NCBI RefSeq assembly: GCF_009914755.1
Contig: NC_060932.1
Source: the human T2T-CHM13v2.0 reference genome, Homo sapiens
Length of the DNA: 64,000 bases
Strand: one strand, 5' to 3'
Shown here: positions 39,371-54,756 of the stretch, in pieces
Position numbering within the stretch: position 1 is the first letter of the stretch
Layout: each line of letters begins with the position of its first letter
Program-made: the position numbers and the translations under genes
The notes under the pieces: generated by a model
Told to the model about the DNA's origin: nothing
What the model saw: the letters and a program-made list of their open reading frames with translations, nothing else
The model's database searches: none

Positions 39371-39694
39371 CAAACAAAAACTGTGAACGTTTGCAGCTAT
39401 TTATTTAGGTAAATTTAGATTTATTTAACTATCCTCATTGACTGGATTGATAAGTAAATGTTCATCATCTTCCCATTTTTATAAGATAAATTAACACCTT
39501 TCACATGTATACCATACACATACACGTGACAAATTGAGCTGTCAAGGGACAACCCACACTATGAATGATCCACTGGGAGGAATGACAACACTGCAAATTC
39601 TCTCCTTGCACAGTTAGGTAGCCGAATGAAGGGTCACTGCAGGCGTCAGCGTATGTCACGATGACCTGGAAGGCTTGTGAAAATACAGATTCCT

Positions 39695-40006
39695 GGCCAG
39701 GCGCGGTGGCTCACGCCTGTAGTCCCAGAACTTTGGGAGGCTGAGATGGGCTGATCACGAGATCAGGAGATCAAGACCATCCTGGTTAACATGGTGAAAC
39801 CCCTTCTTTACTAAAAATACAAAAAATTAGCCGGGCGTGGTTGCAGGCCCCTGTAGTAGTCCCAGCTACTCGGGAGGCTGAGGCAGGAGAATGGCATGAA
39901 CCCCCGAAGGCAGAGCTTGCAGTGAGCTGAGATCGCGCCACTGCACTCCAGCCTAGGCGACAGAGCGAGAGTCTGTCTCAAAAAAAAAAAAAAAAAAAAC
40001 AAAAAA
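39695..40006 (+). mobile_element. AluY-like
   Basis: gatcaggagatcaagaccatcctgg, ggagaatggcatgaacc; 16-bp TSD gaaaatacagattcct. Confidence 0.95.
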
Positions 40007-40086
40007 GAAAATACAGATTCCTGACCACGACCCCAGAGGATCTGATACAGCATAAGCTTTGGGATGCAACTTAATAACGTACATTT

Positions 40087-40233
40087 CTTTTCTAATTTTT
40101 AATTTGTATTTTTTGTAGAGACAAGGTCTCACTATGTTGCCCAGGCTGGTTTAGAACTCCTGGGCTCACGTTGATCCTCTGGTGTCAGCCTCAGAAAGTT
40201 CTGGGATTACAGGCATGAGCAACCACGCCTAGC
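40087..40233 (-). mobile_element. Alu monomer (FLAM / AluJ left arm)
   Basis: Single antisense arm with T-rich tail. Confidence 0.85.
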
Positions 40234-41015
40234 TAAGAATATACATGTCTAACAAGTTTCAAATTGACCCTGATGCATCCAGGATTCCACTGTGAGAACC
40301 ACTGGTATGGAGGATGACGTGGAACCCATAGGACCTGCTTTGAATCCCGTATCTGCCATTTCCTAGACTAGAGACCTAAAAAAGAAAAGAAGAAGAAACT
40401 TAATCTAGGTGTAAGTTTCTGGTCTGAAATGTAGATAATGAGATCTACCTCATAGACTTGTTGGAAAAACCAAACAATATAGACATAATGCCTGATATAT
40501 AGTAAACCCTCAAAAATATGATTTTCCTTTTTTATTCAGTCAGTCTCTGAAAGGGAGAGAATAAGAGAAGAAACCCAGATGGAGAATGGCATTTCCATCT
40601 GTTCTGATCCATATTTTAGGAGCTGCAAACTGGATGTTGGTAGGGAAAAGAAACACATTCCGTCAACGTCTCCCAGATTGTCTCAAGGTGAATCCAGCAG
40701 GATTCCATGTGGGGAAGCCGTGGGTTTTACTGACTATGACTTTTAAGATCAGCTTGAAAGGCTGCCTGACACCTGGCTGTTTCCCAAGTCCTGTGGAACA
40801 CGAGCAAGCTGGAAAAGCTCGTCCGGAACTAGGTGAAGTGACATTCTGAATGTTCATTAATGACGCTCTCCTCTTGCAGGAAAGAACACCTAGGGCAGAG
40901 ATGCTTTGAATAGCTATCAGCGTGGTCTGATACTGCCCATCAGTAGATCCGTGAAGGAACAAGAGACTCCCCATTGCTCCTCCAGTGCTAAATATTGTCA
41001 TAAAAACACAAATAA

Positions 41016-41146
41016 GGCCGGGCGTGGTGGCTCATGCCTGTAATCCCAGCACTTTGGGAGGCTGAGGCGGGCAGATCACGAGGTCAGGAGTTCGAGACCA
41101 GCCTGGCCAACGTGGTGAAACCCCATTTCTACTAAAGATCCAAAAA

Positions 41147-41180
<34 letters not shown>

Positions 41181-41357
41181 CAAAAAATTAGCTGGGCATG
41201 GTGGCACGCACCTGTAATCCCAGCTACTCAGGAGGCTGAGGCAGGAGAATCGCTTGAACCCAGAAGGCAGACGTTGTGATGAGCCAAGATTGCACCAATG
41301 CACTCCAGCCTGGGCGACAGAGCGAGTCTCTGCCTCAAACAAACAAACAAACAAAAC
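41016..41357 (+). mobile_element. Alu (AluSg-like) with expanded A/GAAAA linker and (CAAA)n tail
   Basis: gatcacgaggtcaggagttcgagacc; TSD aaaacacaaataag. Confidence 0.95.
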
Positions 41358-44300
41358 AAAAACACAAATAAGTGTTTATCTGGCTCTAGCAGCTGCAGGA
41401 ATACTGAAGCAGGAATACTGGTGATGAGGGGCTTTTTCTGGGGACTTGCACTGGTAACCATTATCCAGTGGGACTGGATTTCAGAAGCACTAGACTCCAT
41501 GCTATTCTCTCACTTTCAGAAAAACCACGTCACTTCTGTGACTTAGTTTTCTTATCTGTAAAACAAGGGTTTGGGCTAATGCTTATCCTACATCTAAAAT
41601 TCTGTGATTCTCACCTTCCTTATTTTCCTCTACTTTACCATTTTCCTCTTTTTATTACAAAATACCATATATTGTCATGCTCTGTATAAGTTTGGTGAGC
41701 TCTCCACAGGAAAGACATTGCAAAATTAAAATAAAAACATTTAGCTTGCCAGAATAGCAATGAAACAATCACAATAACACACGCACACACATACACACGT
41801 GCACACACCATCTCGGCAGCAACTTCAGAATACAAATCACTGCATTTGTCTTTATCTGTAAACGTGAACAATTCCAATTTTTTATACCTTCTTTATAAAA
41901 AAACAGTGAAGTGTTCAGTGATCACAAAACTAAAACTACTCATTCTACCTACAAATGTCTTAAATTCAGGTGTGAGGCGGAGATGGTAATATCATCCATT
42001 GTGCTACATCAGTTTCATCTTGCCAGCGATGCCGTGTTCTCACTTGATAATTCCCTTGTATTGAGAAAATGTAGAGCTAAAGTGTTTTCCTTCTCTGAGT
42101 TTTAAGACACATAAAGCACAGCCATACTTCAAACTTGAAAACTGGCATGTTGTTACCAATGGCTTTTCACGCAGTCCCGGACATTGTGGGTGCCACAGAC
42201 ATTGCATCTGAACACATTGACTCTTGCTTCTGCAGGCTTCATGCACTCAAAAGAGGGTTGTATGGCAGGTGGAGAAGGTGAATAGAAGTGGGATGTACTG
42301 ACTCTTCCTCCTTGCCTTCTCCTTTTCAAAGATTTTGTGAACTGTAACTCAGTGGAGGAATTCTCCGGACAGTATGAATGAAGGGCCTGAGCCTGGGAGA
42401 AACAAAAGAGACGGAGGCCTTCTCAGGAGTACAAGACTTCTTGGGATTCTTTCCACCATTTTTTCCTCCACTTCCGAGTTATTTTCCACATTCCTTGCTC
42501 GCTTCTTTCCTAAATGACCTTAAAATTAGGCAAATCATGTGATTGCTGATATGGTATAGGTTTCAAGTTTCCAAATACCCTTTAAATATCAGTATGTGTG
42601 AAATTCTACTAGTCAAGCCTTGCCCTATGAGTCTTGGAGGCTTTGCAGAGTAAGAGCACCTTACTCATTGAAGACGCTTGTACGGGTTTGGCTTGTGATA
42701 TTCAATTCCTGTAATGTAATTTGACCTTTCATTGAGAAAACAAGGGCTCTCAGGGACAGTACACTGTGCAAAGTGGTAGCGAGAGACAAAGAGATGTGCC
42801 CGAGAGAGTGTCTGAAGTTCAGGATTAGATTCACCTCGCAGGGCCTGTTTCTTCTGATGATGCCTGCTTTCTCTAGTCAACATCCAGTACATGGAGAAAT
42901 TCTTCATGTAGACAAAATGCAGATTCTCGCTAATCTGAGTCTGTGTCTCAGTTCCTGCATGTCCTAGCTGGGTGGCTTTGTGCATTTACCCAAGTGCAAT
43001 GATTCCTGGCCTCGTCCCTAAAAGGGAATCTATTTTCTAACTCACAGGATTGCTGTGAGAATTAATTGAAGCAATATATGGAAAATACTGAATTTGAACT
43101 TGAAAAGACACAAGAGGTTTTAGCACCCTTCCTCTCCATTCTTTTTAGCTTTGCCTCTGAGCTTAAAGGTATTTCTTTTTTTTTTTTTTGCCCCTGAAGG
43201 ATTGTCCTTTCTTTCTTACTGATTGAAATAAGATCCTTTCAAATATTTCCTGAAATAGTATATGCAAAATCTCTCCTGTTGGAAAAGCTTCTTTAAAAAG
43301 CAAGTTATCATCCTTTGAGTTACTGCAACGTCGTCAATTCTTGGGTTATCCCTTTTAAATATGGAGCAATGCTGCAGTGGGAGCTGAAGGAGTAGGTGAC
43401 CGCCACTGTGTGATCAACAGTAGCAGCAGCTTCAGAGCTCACACCGAACATCTGAAAAGTGTAAAGTTCTGCAATTATTGCCACGATACAGAAGTAGCAG
43501 GCAAGGTTCTTGCATGACTGAAGAAAAGAGAACAGGCACTAACAACAAACTTGTGGCAGGTATGTGCTTATGCAGAAACTTAGGCTAGGAAATATGAATT
43601 GCTGTGTCCTGGCTGTCATAAGTAATTATCAGAAACAGGATGAACACCAAAGTCTGAGGTCCAGGCTTTGTACATTTCATCCTGCTGCCTCCAGGGATGC
43701 CACTGAAGACTTCCTGATATGCCAAGACCTAGGGTGAGCCTGAAGGAAAGATGAGAGTTCAGCATGAACTTCAAGGAGAAAGAGCATTCTAGGTGCAGGG
43801 GGAAAACATGTGCACACATTTGGAGGGATGACTACCAAAAGAATGCTCAAACAAATCTGCATTTGGTAAGAAGACTGCTTAAGAAAGCTTTTTCAAGTGT
43901 GGACCCAGGTTTCACAGATTTAAGTTTGTATTTACTGAACATGTACCAGTTGATTGTAGGAAGGGTTACCCAAAATGGATGTGTCAGAGGGGAGAGGGTG
44001 AAATGTAAAATGGGACACGGTAAGGGATGTGGGAGTAGCAGTGGCCTGTCGGTGACGAGATCCCAGCCACCCTGCAGCGTAGGCCAAGGCAACCCATCTT
44101 AGCAGCCCTTACTCTTAACCATGACACACTGGGCGTTTTTCCCAGCCTCACAGCAAAATCTTTGTTGGTAAGATGTTGTCATGCTCTTATAAACTATATG
44201 GGAAAAGATGACAACGAAGGACCACTCTTTCATCTCTCTGAATCCCTTAATTAATTAAAATTACTTTTGTTGCATGCTGCCTCATTTGTCAAATGGGATT

Positions 44301-47300
44301 AACTGCACCCCATCATTTACAGGCAGGGAGGGACCCTGTGTGCTGGATGCAGGCATTTTCCACCTATGAATCTGTGCTCTGTGATGTAAGCTCGACTTTC
44401 CTTTAAACAGAGGATGCTTATGTCATGATGGTATGGAAAGGATTTTGTTCAGAAGCCTCAGGAACTGCTCAAGTGGAGGAATGTCCTGAGGGTTTGCTCA
44501 TTCTGGAGAGAGCAGCCTGTGTGAATCTGAGCTTTCACAGGGCACAGAAGCAGGTTGGGCTGCGGAACTGGGACCACCAGGCAGTGAGAGCCGGAGCAGA
44601 ACACGCCGGGACCTCTCATTCCTCATCTCTGCAAGGTTGTCAGTGCAGATGCCAGACCAAAGGAAATGCTGAGTGTGGCTGAATTTCTGAGACAGGAAAA
44701 CGATACTGACATAGATCCTCTTAACCAGGGTTGCTGTGTGCTGGAAATAGAGCAGTTATCCTGCTCCTCCCCAGGGAGCAGGCCCAGGAGGACTAAAGGA
44801 CACTGCCTCGCACTATGGAAGTGCAGAGGGCTGAGCAGTGCCTCCAAGGCTGTGGAACATTTGAATGGGATCTTTGTATTAAAGAACGCAGTGCCCAGGC
44901 TCACCATGAGCTATATCATCACACTCAGTCCTGGATCAGGATCTGTTCTTCTGGTGATTGCAGAAACATGGTAATCAGGGAATAGAGAGAGACATTTGCT
45001 TAGGGGACAGGTCCTTGAAAATCACCAGCAACTGGACACCCCAGGCAGTGCCAGGAATTTGCAGCATTTTCTGAGGTTACTAGGCCAGTCAAGGTTGAGA
45101 ATAAGTCAGCACTAATCTAGACACAGGGCCTAACCCACCATCAATGACACACATCCCCTTAAAGAAACTGGAGGCTTCCTGGGAGCAGAGAGGGATTTTG
45201 TGACAGACAGGTCACAGATGTATGGCAGGATTCCTTGGAACCTGGCCTTTTCTAGGGGACTGTTAGCATTTGGACCATAATGAAAGGATGCAGTCAACCT
45301 CCCAAGCCCCCAGTGCTTGTGGGAAATGCAGTGCCAGACACAAAAATGTACCAGAAAGAAAAAATTTGGTTGTGCTTAAGCTTGCTCTTGTGGAAGCAAG
45401 CTTTAAAGGTAGTCTGAATAATGAGACACCCAACATCACATACACTCAAATTCAACCATTCCAAGTTATCCTAAAGCTGCAAGTGTTTTTACAACTGTGC
45501 ACCAAGCTCTTCATTTGGCAGGTCTTAACTGGAAATAATAATTGGAATTGGTGTCTTGTACTTCTGTCCTCACCCCAACAGCAAGAAGCAAAACTTCTTG
45601 TGTATCAAGCTACACTATAGTTTGGAAAACTGATCAGAGCAAATTGCTACTAAAGTCATTTTTAAGGAAGCTTTACCTGGGAAACTCAGATTTTATCACT
45701 GGACTGATCAATTTCCCTTCTCTCCTAATTTTTTGTGTGTTTGTGAAGCTAATTCAGAAGATGAAAGAGAGGAGCTTGATGCTTACTGAATTGTGGAACC
45801 AAAAGTGTAGCCCGAAGTTTGTTTGTGGGAACCACAAATGCCAGCAGAACTCAGGCACCCAATATCACACCACTGACCATCAAACCTTAGAGGGGTAGAG
45901 GAGAAGAAAATGAACCCCCGCCTTTATTGGAAAAGTTCCCCCAGTTCAGCCCAGGGCTCTGGTAAGAGCCAACCCCACTAATTTGCTTCAAAACTTAAGA
46001 ATCAGTTTTCAGGTGTGGCAAATGTGAATGTGTAAGTATCTACAACTAGATAGCAGGACCTTATTCTTGTGGGTAGAGTCAAGGAGAAAATATACATGTA
46101 CACACATACACACGTGGACACACAGGGACTCACAAACCCGTGCATGACACACGGGTGTGCCATGTGTTCCCAAGACTGTGAGTTACAGATTCCTGACTGT
46201 TTCTTTATTAGTAGGACAGGGTCTTTTAGAGAGCTTCTCAGACATTCAGAGAATGTGCTTCTGAGGGTGTTTTTGTTTGTTTGTTTGTTTGTTTGTTTGT
46301 TTTTTCAGAAATTAAGGTCAGGGAAAGAGAGAAGGATCAGCCTGATGAAACATCCCAGCTTCATGGACAAAGCAGCAGAGTGGGTGCACTATTTCGTCTG
46401 AGCATGCAGTGGAGACTCTGGAGAAAGGAGAAAGAAGCTAAATCTGAGACTCATTGGCTTCAGCCTGCTGTTGGGTGGATCTGGTGTCAAGGAGAGGTGG
46501 AGGAGAAGAAAATAAACCAGGAGGAAGCAGATCGGGATTCAAGGCACTGATGTCCACTGACAAGCTGTGAGAATTTGGGAAAGCCATTTAGTCTCACTTC
46601 TTCTTAATTCCTTTGGCTTTTTAATAACTGTGCCAATGATACATGTTCGATTCACCACCCAGGTCATTTTGAGAGTACAATGAGTACTCTCTGGGAACAC
46701 ACTGTTAAAATGAAGAAGGTTTGTACAAGCGTTAGTTATTTGGACCAATCTTATTAACAAAGACGTTTCCAAGTTGCTCGCATTCCTTTGGCATTGTAGA
46801 CATTGAGATGTGAACTAATGTAGCCAACATGACCATTACTATGACAGCCAACAAGACAGTGGATGTAAGCCTGTTTGTTAACAGCAAAACGCTATATACA
46901 TCATTATTTTTTTAATTAGACAAAAACCCACTTAGAGTAGAGTTACTTTCCCACATGTACTCAGGAAACATTTTTTGAATTCTCATTGTGGGCTAGCTTT
47001 TTTATCCAGTACCATGGACACTAACAATTAACATTTACATGTCCCTCTACAACTAAATTTTGCATGTGTGCTCATGACGTCATCTGGTCTCCTGATAACC
47101 TTGGTTGTGGAAATGATCATTTCTACCCAAAGAAATATGGCTTGATGACTGGGTGACCCATCCACAGCCACAGGCCATAACACCATGTTGCTGTCCACTG
47201 AACGAGAGTGCTTCTCAAAGGCAGATTTGAAATCTGCCAGATTTCAAACAGCTACAGTGGTCTTGAGAAAATGCCTAAGTAACTGAAAGAAAAACTCTGG

Positions 47301-48178
47301 TAAGAATCATAATAAAATAACTTCCTCTAAAATATTAAGAATCCTAATCATGTAAGAAAACCTTCCAGATGAGCCATGAAGTCAAAATTTTAAATATCAT
47401 AGAAGGAGAGATTTTTAACCTGGTTCTGTGCAAGTTTCCAGATGATTGAATGACTATGTAAATTGCATGCAAGTTTTTGCAGGTACGTGAGTTCATTTTT
47501 CTGATGAGCTAATCCACAGCCCCTGAAATATTAAACCATCCTTATATAAAGAGTTGCTTAGTTTAGAAATAAAGCTATTAATGAAGTGTGTCTCTTTTTC
47601 TTATAAAATGCTTCACTTAAGTTGGAAAATATGAAACAACCAGGACTTTTGCAAATAATGCACGCCTCTGTTAGTAAGGGAACGGGCTAAAAAAGCATCA
47701 AAGAGAATTACTGCTTTTCTTTCATTCCTTTATAGTTTGTTGATTTAATCCCTCTTGCCTGCCAGGACAAGAATTTCCTCCATCACAATTCTAGAGCTTA
47801 GTACAGTCTCGCTTTAAATGGCATAGTGACTGAGTTTCCGTCACTTTTATTAGGAAACGTTTCTCCACCTGGAATATCATGCTGTGAAAGTATAGTCCTG
47901 AGAATCTGAGACAAGCTTTCCTCAGTTTGACCGAGGGCATGGAGAAGGCCTTGGTTATCCCGACACACCCCATTTAGACCCCGACAGCCCTTCTAGTGGG
48001 TGCACGTGCCTCACTGGGGAGATGTGCATTTGCATGGGTGCAGGAGGACGTTATCCCATGGCTGACACAAAGAAAGGGCCCCATCACAAGTGCACAAGGT
48101 CCACTGAAAAACATGAGCCTCAACTTTGGAAAAGACCGTAACGAGCAGCGGCATATTTACCCTGAAAGCCACATAAGG

Positions 48179-48690
48179 CAGTGGTCCCCAGCCTTTTCGG
48201 CACCAGGGACCAGTTTCATGGAAGAAAATTTTTCCACAGATTTGAGAGAGGGTGGTTTGGGGATGATTCCAGCACATTACGTTTATTGTGCACTTTATTT
48301 CTGTTATTATTACCTTGTAATATATAATGAAATAATTATACAACTCACCATCATGTGGAATCAGTGGGAACCCTGAGCTTGTTTTCCTGCATTAAATGCT
48401 CCCATCTGAGGGCGATGGGAGACAGGAACAGATCATCAGGCATTAGATTCTCATAAGGAGCACGCAACCTAGATCCCGCACATGCACAGTTCACAATACG
48501 ATTCATACTACTACGAGAATCTAATGCTGCCCCCATCTTACAGGAGGCAGAGCTCAAGCAGTAATGGAAGTGATGAGGAGCGATCATAAATATGGATGAA
48601 GCTTTTCTCGCTTGCCTGCTGTCCACCTCCTGCTCTGCAGCCATGTTCCTAACAGGAACTGGTCCATAGCCCTGAGGTTGGGGGCCCCTG
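48179..48690 (-). mobile_element. MER1A-like hAT-Charlie element, near full length
   Basis: Terminal inverted repeats CAGTGGTCCCCAGCCT / AGGTTGGGGGCCCCTG; internal inverted cattagattctc..gagaatctaatg. Confidence 0.88.
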
Positions 48691-48731
48691 CCATAAACGA
48701 TAGCGTCCATCAGTGGTGCGTGTTCATGTAA

Positions 48732-49151
<420 letters not shown>

Positions 49152-49519
49152 TAAGTTGTGTTTTCTATTCCCTTTGCCATCTTCCATTTCTACCATTAGA
49201 ACAGAGCCTTTCCTCGGTGCAGACTAAAGGGAAAAGGAGTCAGTGAAGTGAAGCAACATGTGAAGAGCAAGGCTTTGGAGCGAGGTTGCTGAACTTCACC
49301 TGGTCCGGAGCTACTGGAAAACAGGAAACTGAGAAACACATCGCACCCTTTAGTGCTTCAGGAAATGGCTACTGCAAAGAACCAACACTCCCTCTAACTT
49401 AGACAAGATGCAAGAGGCCTTTCAGAAGGACATTCTACTGTGTTTACTCATTGCTCAGCTCCATCTGCTGTTCCTTCTTCTTTCCAGGACTTTTGCGAAT
49501 TTGCGAAAGCCATTTAGTC

Positions 49520-50650
<1,131 letters not shown>

Positions 50651-50714
50651 AGTTGAAAATCAGTAGTCAGATTAGAAAGAGCAGTAATTAATACAGAGTT
50701 TCAAAGACTGAAAA

Positions 50715-51265
50715 CCATTTGACCCAGCAATCCCATTACTGAGTATATACTCAAAGAAATATAAATTTTTCTATTAAAAATATATTTGCACATGTATTTC
50801 ATTGCAGCACTATTCACAATTGCAAAGGCATGCAAACCCAAATGCCCATCAACAATAGGCTGGATAAAGAAAATGTGGTATATATACACCATGGAATACT
50901 ATGCAGCCATAAAAAGGAACAAGATCATGTTCTTTGCAGGAACATGAATGGAGCTGGAAGCCATTATCCTCAGCAAGCTAACGCAGGAACAGGAAACCAA
51001 ACACCGCACGTTCTTACTTATAAGTGCGAGCTGAACAATGAGAACACATGGACACAGGGAGGGGAACAACACACACTGGGGCCTGTCAGGGGTTGGGTGG
51101 GGGAAGGAAGAGCACTAGGGTAAATAGCTAATGTAGGCTGGACTCAATACCTGGGTGATGGGTTGATACGTGCAGCAAACCAGCATGGCACACTTTTATC
51201 TGCGTAACAAACCTGCACATCCTGAACATGCACACCGGAACTTAGAATAAAAATTAAAAAAGAAC
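50715..51265 (+). mobile_element. L1PA (older primate) 3' end, 5'-truncated
   Basis: ccatttgacccagcaatcccattactg..gcagccataaaaaggaac..cttagaataaaa; flanked by agactgaaaa on both sides. Confidence 0.92.
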
Positions 51266-52109
51266 AAAGAGACTGAAAAAAAAGCAACAAAGGAAACAGA
51301 CGGATAAAGGGCAACTGAGGAGGATGTTCCAGAGAAAAGCAAAATTTAGCAGAGATGGCAGAAAGAGAAGAAAAATAAATAAATCGACAGACTACACTGA
51401 AACGCCTGGAATTCCCCCTCATGTGTGTATTTTCATAAAAATTTTCAAATGATAACTTCCGTTTTCTAGAAACAAACTCTTGAATATAAGCCCATTCTGG
51501 GACTTTGTCCTTGATGCTATTCCTGCAGACAGCACCTAAGTGAAAGGTAAATGCAGCTGACTGGAGAAGAGATGCAGGGACTGTGTAATCCTGGCTGTTA
51601 ATTTGCTTATCACCCTCTCAGGAACCTAAGTTTTCTCTTTTGTCAAGTTAGTATAATAATCCATATTCCACAGGACATTATGAAAATCAAAGAGATGATA
51701 AATGTAACAAGTTTTTCTAACGTGTCCAGCGATTTTGTAATACTTATGAATAATGCACTGGAAATTGGAAGAGGCTTCTACATTTTCATTTTCACTTCTC
51801 TTGATTTATCCTCTAGCAGTGGAGATTTGGACATTGACATCAAGCACCAGTGGTTTTTCTGTTTGTTTGTTTGTTTCTTTTTTTCATTCATAATGACATG
51901 GTTCCGGGTATCTGTCTCCTAGGTTATTCCACCAGGGTAAACATGAAATTGGCTCTACGCACCTTTCCTAGGGAGAAGTTTGATTTCTTTCTTTGCATTC
52001 ACAAGTAACGTAACTACAGTTATTTAAATTACACTGTTCCTTAAGTTTAATATGAAGAGTGATTCTTTTCTTGATGCTTACTAAGAAAATTATTTTAGGG
52101 AGCGGCAGT

Positions 52110-52360
52110 AATATTAGTAATGCCAATCATTTGTTGAGTACTTACTAGGCACCAGGAACTAGCTACGGAGGTTGTCTCTTTGAGTCCTCACAATAACCCC
52201 ATCAGATAAATATTCTCATTTTCCTTATATAGAGAGTTGCATTACTCGAACCTCATATGTAAACTGAGAAAATTAATGGTTGAAAAGATGAAGGTCTTAG
52301 GACCAGGAGATGATGGTACCACCAGGCTTTGACCCTCATCATCCTAATTCCAGAGTTTAC
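52110..52360 (-). mobile_element. MIR
   Basis: atttgttgagtacttactaggcaccagg..tcctcacaataacccc..aaactgag. Confidence 0.65.
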
Positions 52361-54217
52361 ATTCTCTCTTACCCAGCTATTCTGCTCATGGAAAATCCCT
52401 GTATGTCTGTAATAATTTGGAAGGAAAGATAAATGGGGAGAAAGACGTCCACGGAAAACTAGTTATTGAGATGTGTAAGGATTTGAAATAATAAATGAAA
52501 AAAATCACAGGTTGGCAAAAAAGAAAAAAAATATATAAATGATAGGACTATTTTATTCTTTGCAATGTCCCCTTCAATTTTGAACTGAAATTTGGGATTG
52601 GTTTCTCCAGAGAAATCGTCATTACTTATTATCTCAAGCCTTTAACTCTTTCTCACAGAGTGATTGGATTTCCAATATCTATTGAGGAAACCAAATCCAG
52701 TCCTATCAATCTTCCTATATACTTGGACAAGAAAACCCCAAAGTTCAATACCCACCTTGTGAATTCAAGCTTTACTTTTTCTCAAGACCTCAGTAGCTTA
52801 AAGGTTACTTTTGAGCATTAGTATGATATTTTCATGTTTAAGATTCACACTTTGTTAGAAGATTGCTTTAAATGGCCCTAAATCTCTTCTACCCTCTCAT
52901 TCTGCTACTTACAGGAAATCATATTTTGGTTTCAGCTATCCTTGTGCAAAGTGTTATGTGACAAGAGGGTTAACTATAATAGGGATTTAGTTCCTGTTTT
53001 TTTCTTTTACAGGAATAAATCAATATTTAATGCCAAAAATTCCACATAAAATCACTTATTTATATCGTGTTTTTCATCCATTCATTTATTGATCTTTTAT
53101 TTATAGGTTGTTTAGTATGTATATCTATTGGGCTGAGTATTTCGTAAAGTATATATTTTCAAAATGGAAGACTCAGCCACCAACTGTGATTCCATTGTAA
53201 TCCACATGGGCACATATTTTGGGAAAGGGAGGGTGTAGACAGGGCAAATAAAAAATGTCAATCTAACCAAGATATTGCTTTTCTCCTGTGTCAAAATACT
53301 AACTGATGAAAAGGTTATCCCTGAGTTGTATTTTTAATTTTGATGAAACAGGTTTCTATCAGAATAAGTGTTCTTAAAGCTCCGCCACTCTGAGGAGCAA
53401 CAACAGTGGGTCAAAAGTGGTGGCCGAGCCAGTGGAGAGGGGTCCATACACATCGGGAGGCAGCTGTTTTTAATTAGGGCTCTGGTTATGGGGTTAGCCA
53501 TTTATAGCCTCAAGGAGAGTTTGGCCCTGAACTCCTCTTTCCTATAAGCCTTGTGGTTTTTTAGTCCATCATTTGGCAGAATATAACATCTTTCGGAGGT
53601 ATGTGTCATGTTTATAGCAGAAATATCTTACATTGTTTTACACAGCTGCAGACAACACTATTCTACCTTGCAGGGGTCTCAGTTTACAAAGACACCTTTG
53701 AATACTTTTAGCAATCTGATCAGACTCTGTGTGAAAATGGTAGGCCCTTCTGGGAGGTTGTGAGGTTGTTTTGTGGGTTCCCCTTTTGTCACCTCTTTAC
53801 CTAATAAAACAAGGCCAGGCATGATCTTTCCCCCAGCAAAGTGGGTAAGAACCCAGGAGATAAATGGGGGTGAAGGTTGAAGGTTTCTGTTTCCAGCCTG
53901 TTGCTAAGTCAGGCCCTGGACCCATAAATGCCATCACATAGAACACACAAAAACGTTCCCTCCTTTACTTTCCCCTAGATGATTCAGAGGAAGAACTTTA
54001 TTTTTACAAATTGTGTGGGTTATTTTTATCTTTATTCATCTCTAGTTCATGACTGTTTTGCTGGTGTTAAAAGTTATTTTGGTGTAATACAATTGTCTAT
54101 CATGAGACTGGATGCCCAGCCACCCGGTCATGCCACTTGAGCTCAAGGATATCAATTGACTCCTATGTTAGCGTTGGACAACAAACACCTTGGGGAGATG
54201 GAGCTGAGTAGCCATGA

Positions 54218-54578
54218 TGTTACGGACTCAATGTCTGTGTTCCCACAAAATTCATATGTTGAAGCCCTGACCTCCAGCATGGCTGTATTTGGAGGCAAGG
54301 CCACTGAGGAAGCAATTAAACCTCAATGGGGTCATGGAGGTGGGGCCCTGACCCCACAGGAGCAGTGTCCTTGTAGGATGACACACCAGAAAGCTCTCTC
54401 TCTCTCTCTTTCTCAGTCCTGTGAAGACACAAAGAGAAGACAGCGGGCTATGAACCACGAAGAGAGAAGACACCCTAATCCTGGACTTCCATCCTCCAGA
54501 ACCATGAGAAAATAAGCGTGCGTTGTATAATCTGCCCAGTCTGTGGTATTTTGTTACTATGACCAGAACAGACAGACA
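54218..54578 (+). mobile_element. MLT1A/MST-family MaLR LTR
   Basis: tgttacggact..cccacaaaattcatatgttgaagcc..ggtggggccc..gacttccatcctccagaaccatgagaaaataa..cccagtctgtggtattttgtta. Confidence 0.85.
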
Positions 54579-54756
54579 CCTAGGAGCTCTGGTAGTAACA
54601 CAGCCAGAAGCAGTGAGAAGCTGCGGAAACTGCATTTCTTGACTCTGGTGCTGGCCTCTACCTTCCTTGTATATATTCTAGTCACTAGGCATTTGACTGA
54701 TAAAACTACTGCTTCAGATTCAGAGGTAGAAATGCGTAATCACTAAAAATACAAAT

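Larger units (their letters stand above)
39645..40304. mobile_element. MER5A-like MITE interrupted by two Alu elements
   Basis: acctggaaggcttgtgaaaatacagattcctg ... ccccagaggatctgat ... tctaacaagtt ... tgatgca ... tgagaaccactg. Confidence 0.7.

Noticed and set aside
46135-46160. Small hairpin ACCCGTG-N7-CACGGGT
   Set aside because: 7-bp stem in CA/TG-rich sequence; too short for a miRNA or structured RNA call.
50701-51123. ORFs resembling the L1 ORF2 C-terminus
   Set aside because: Frameshifted remnant of a 5'-truncated L1; non-functional.
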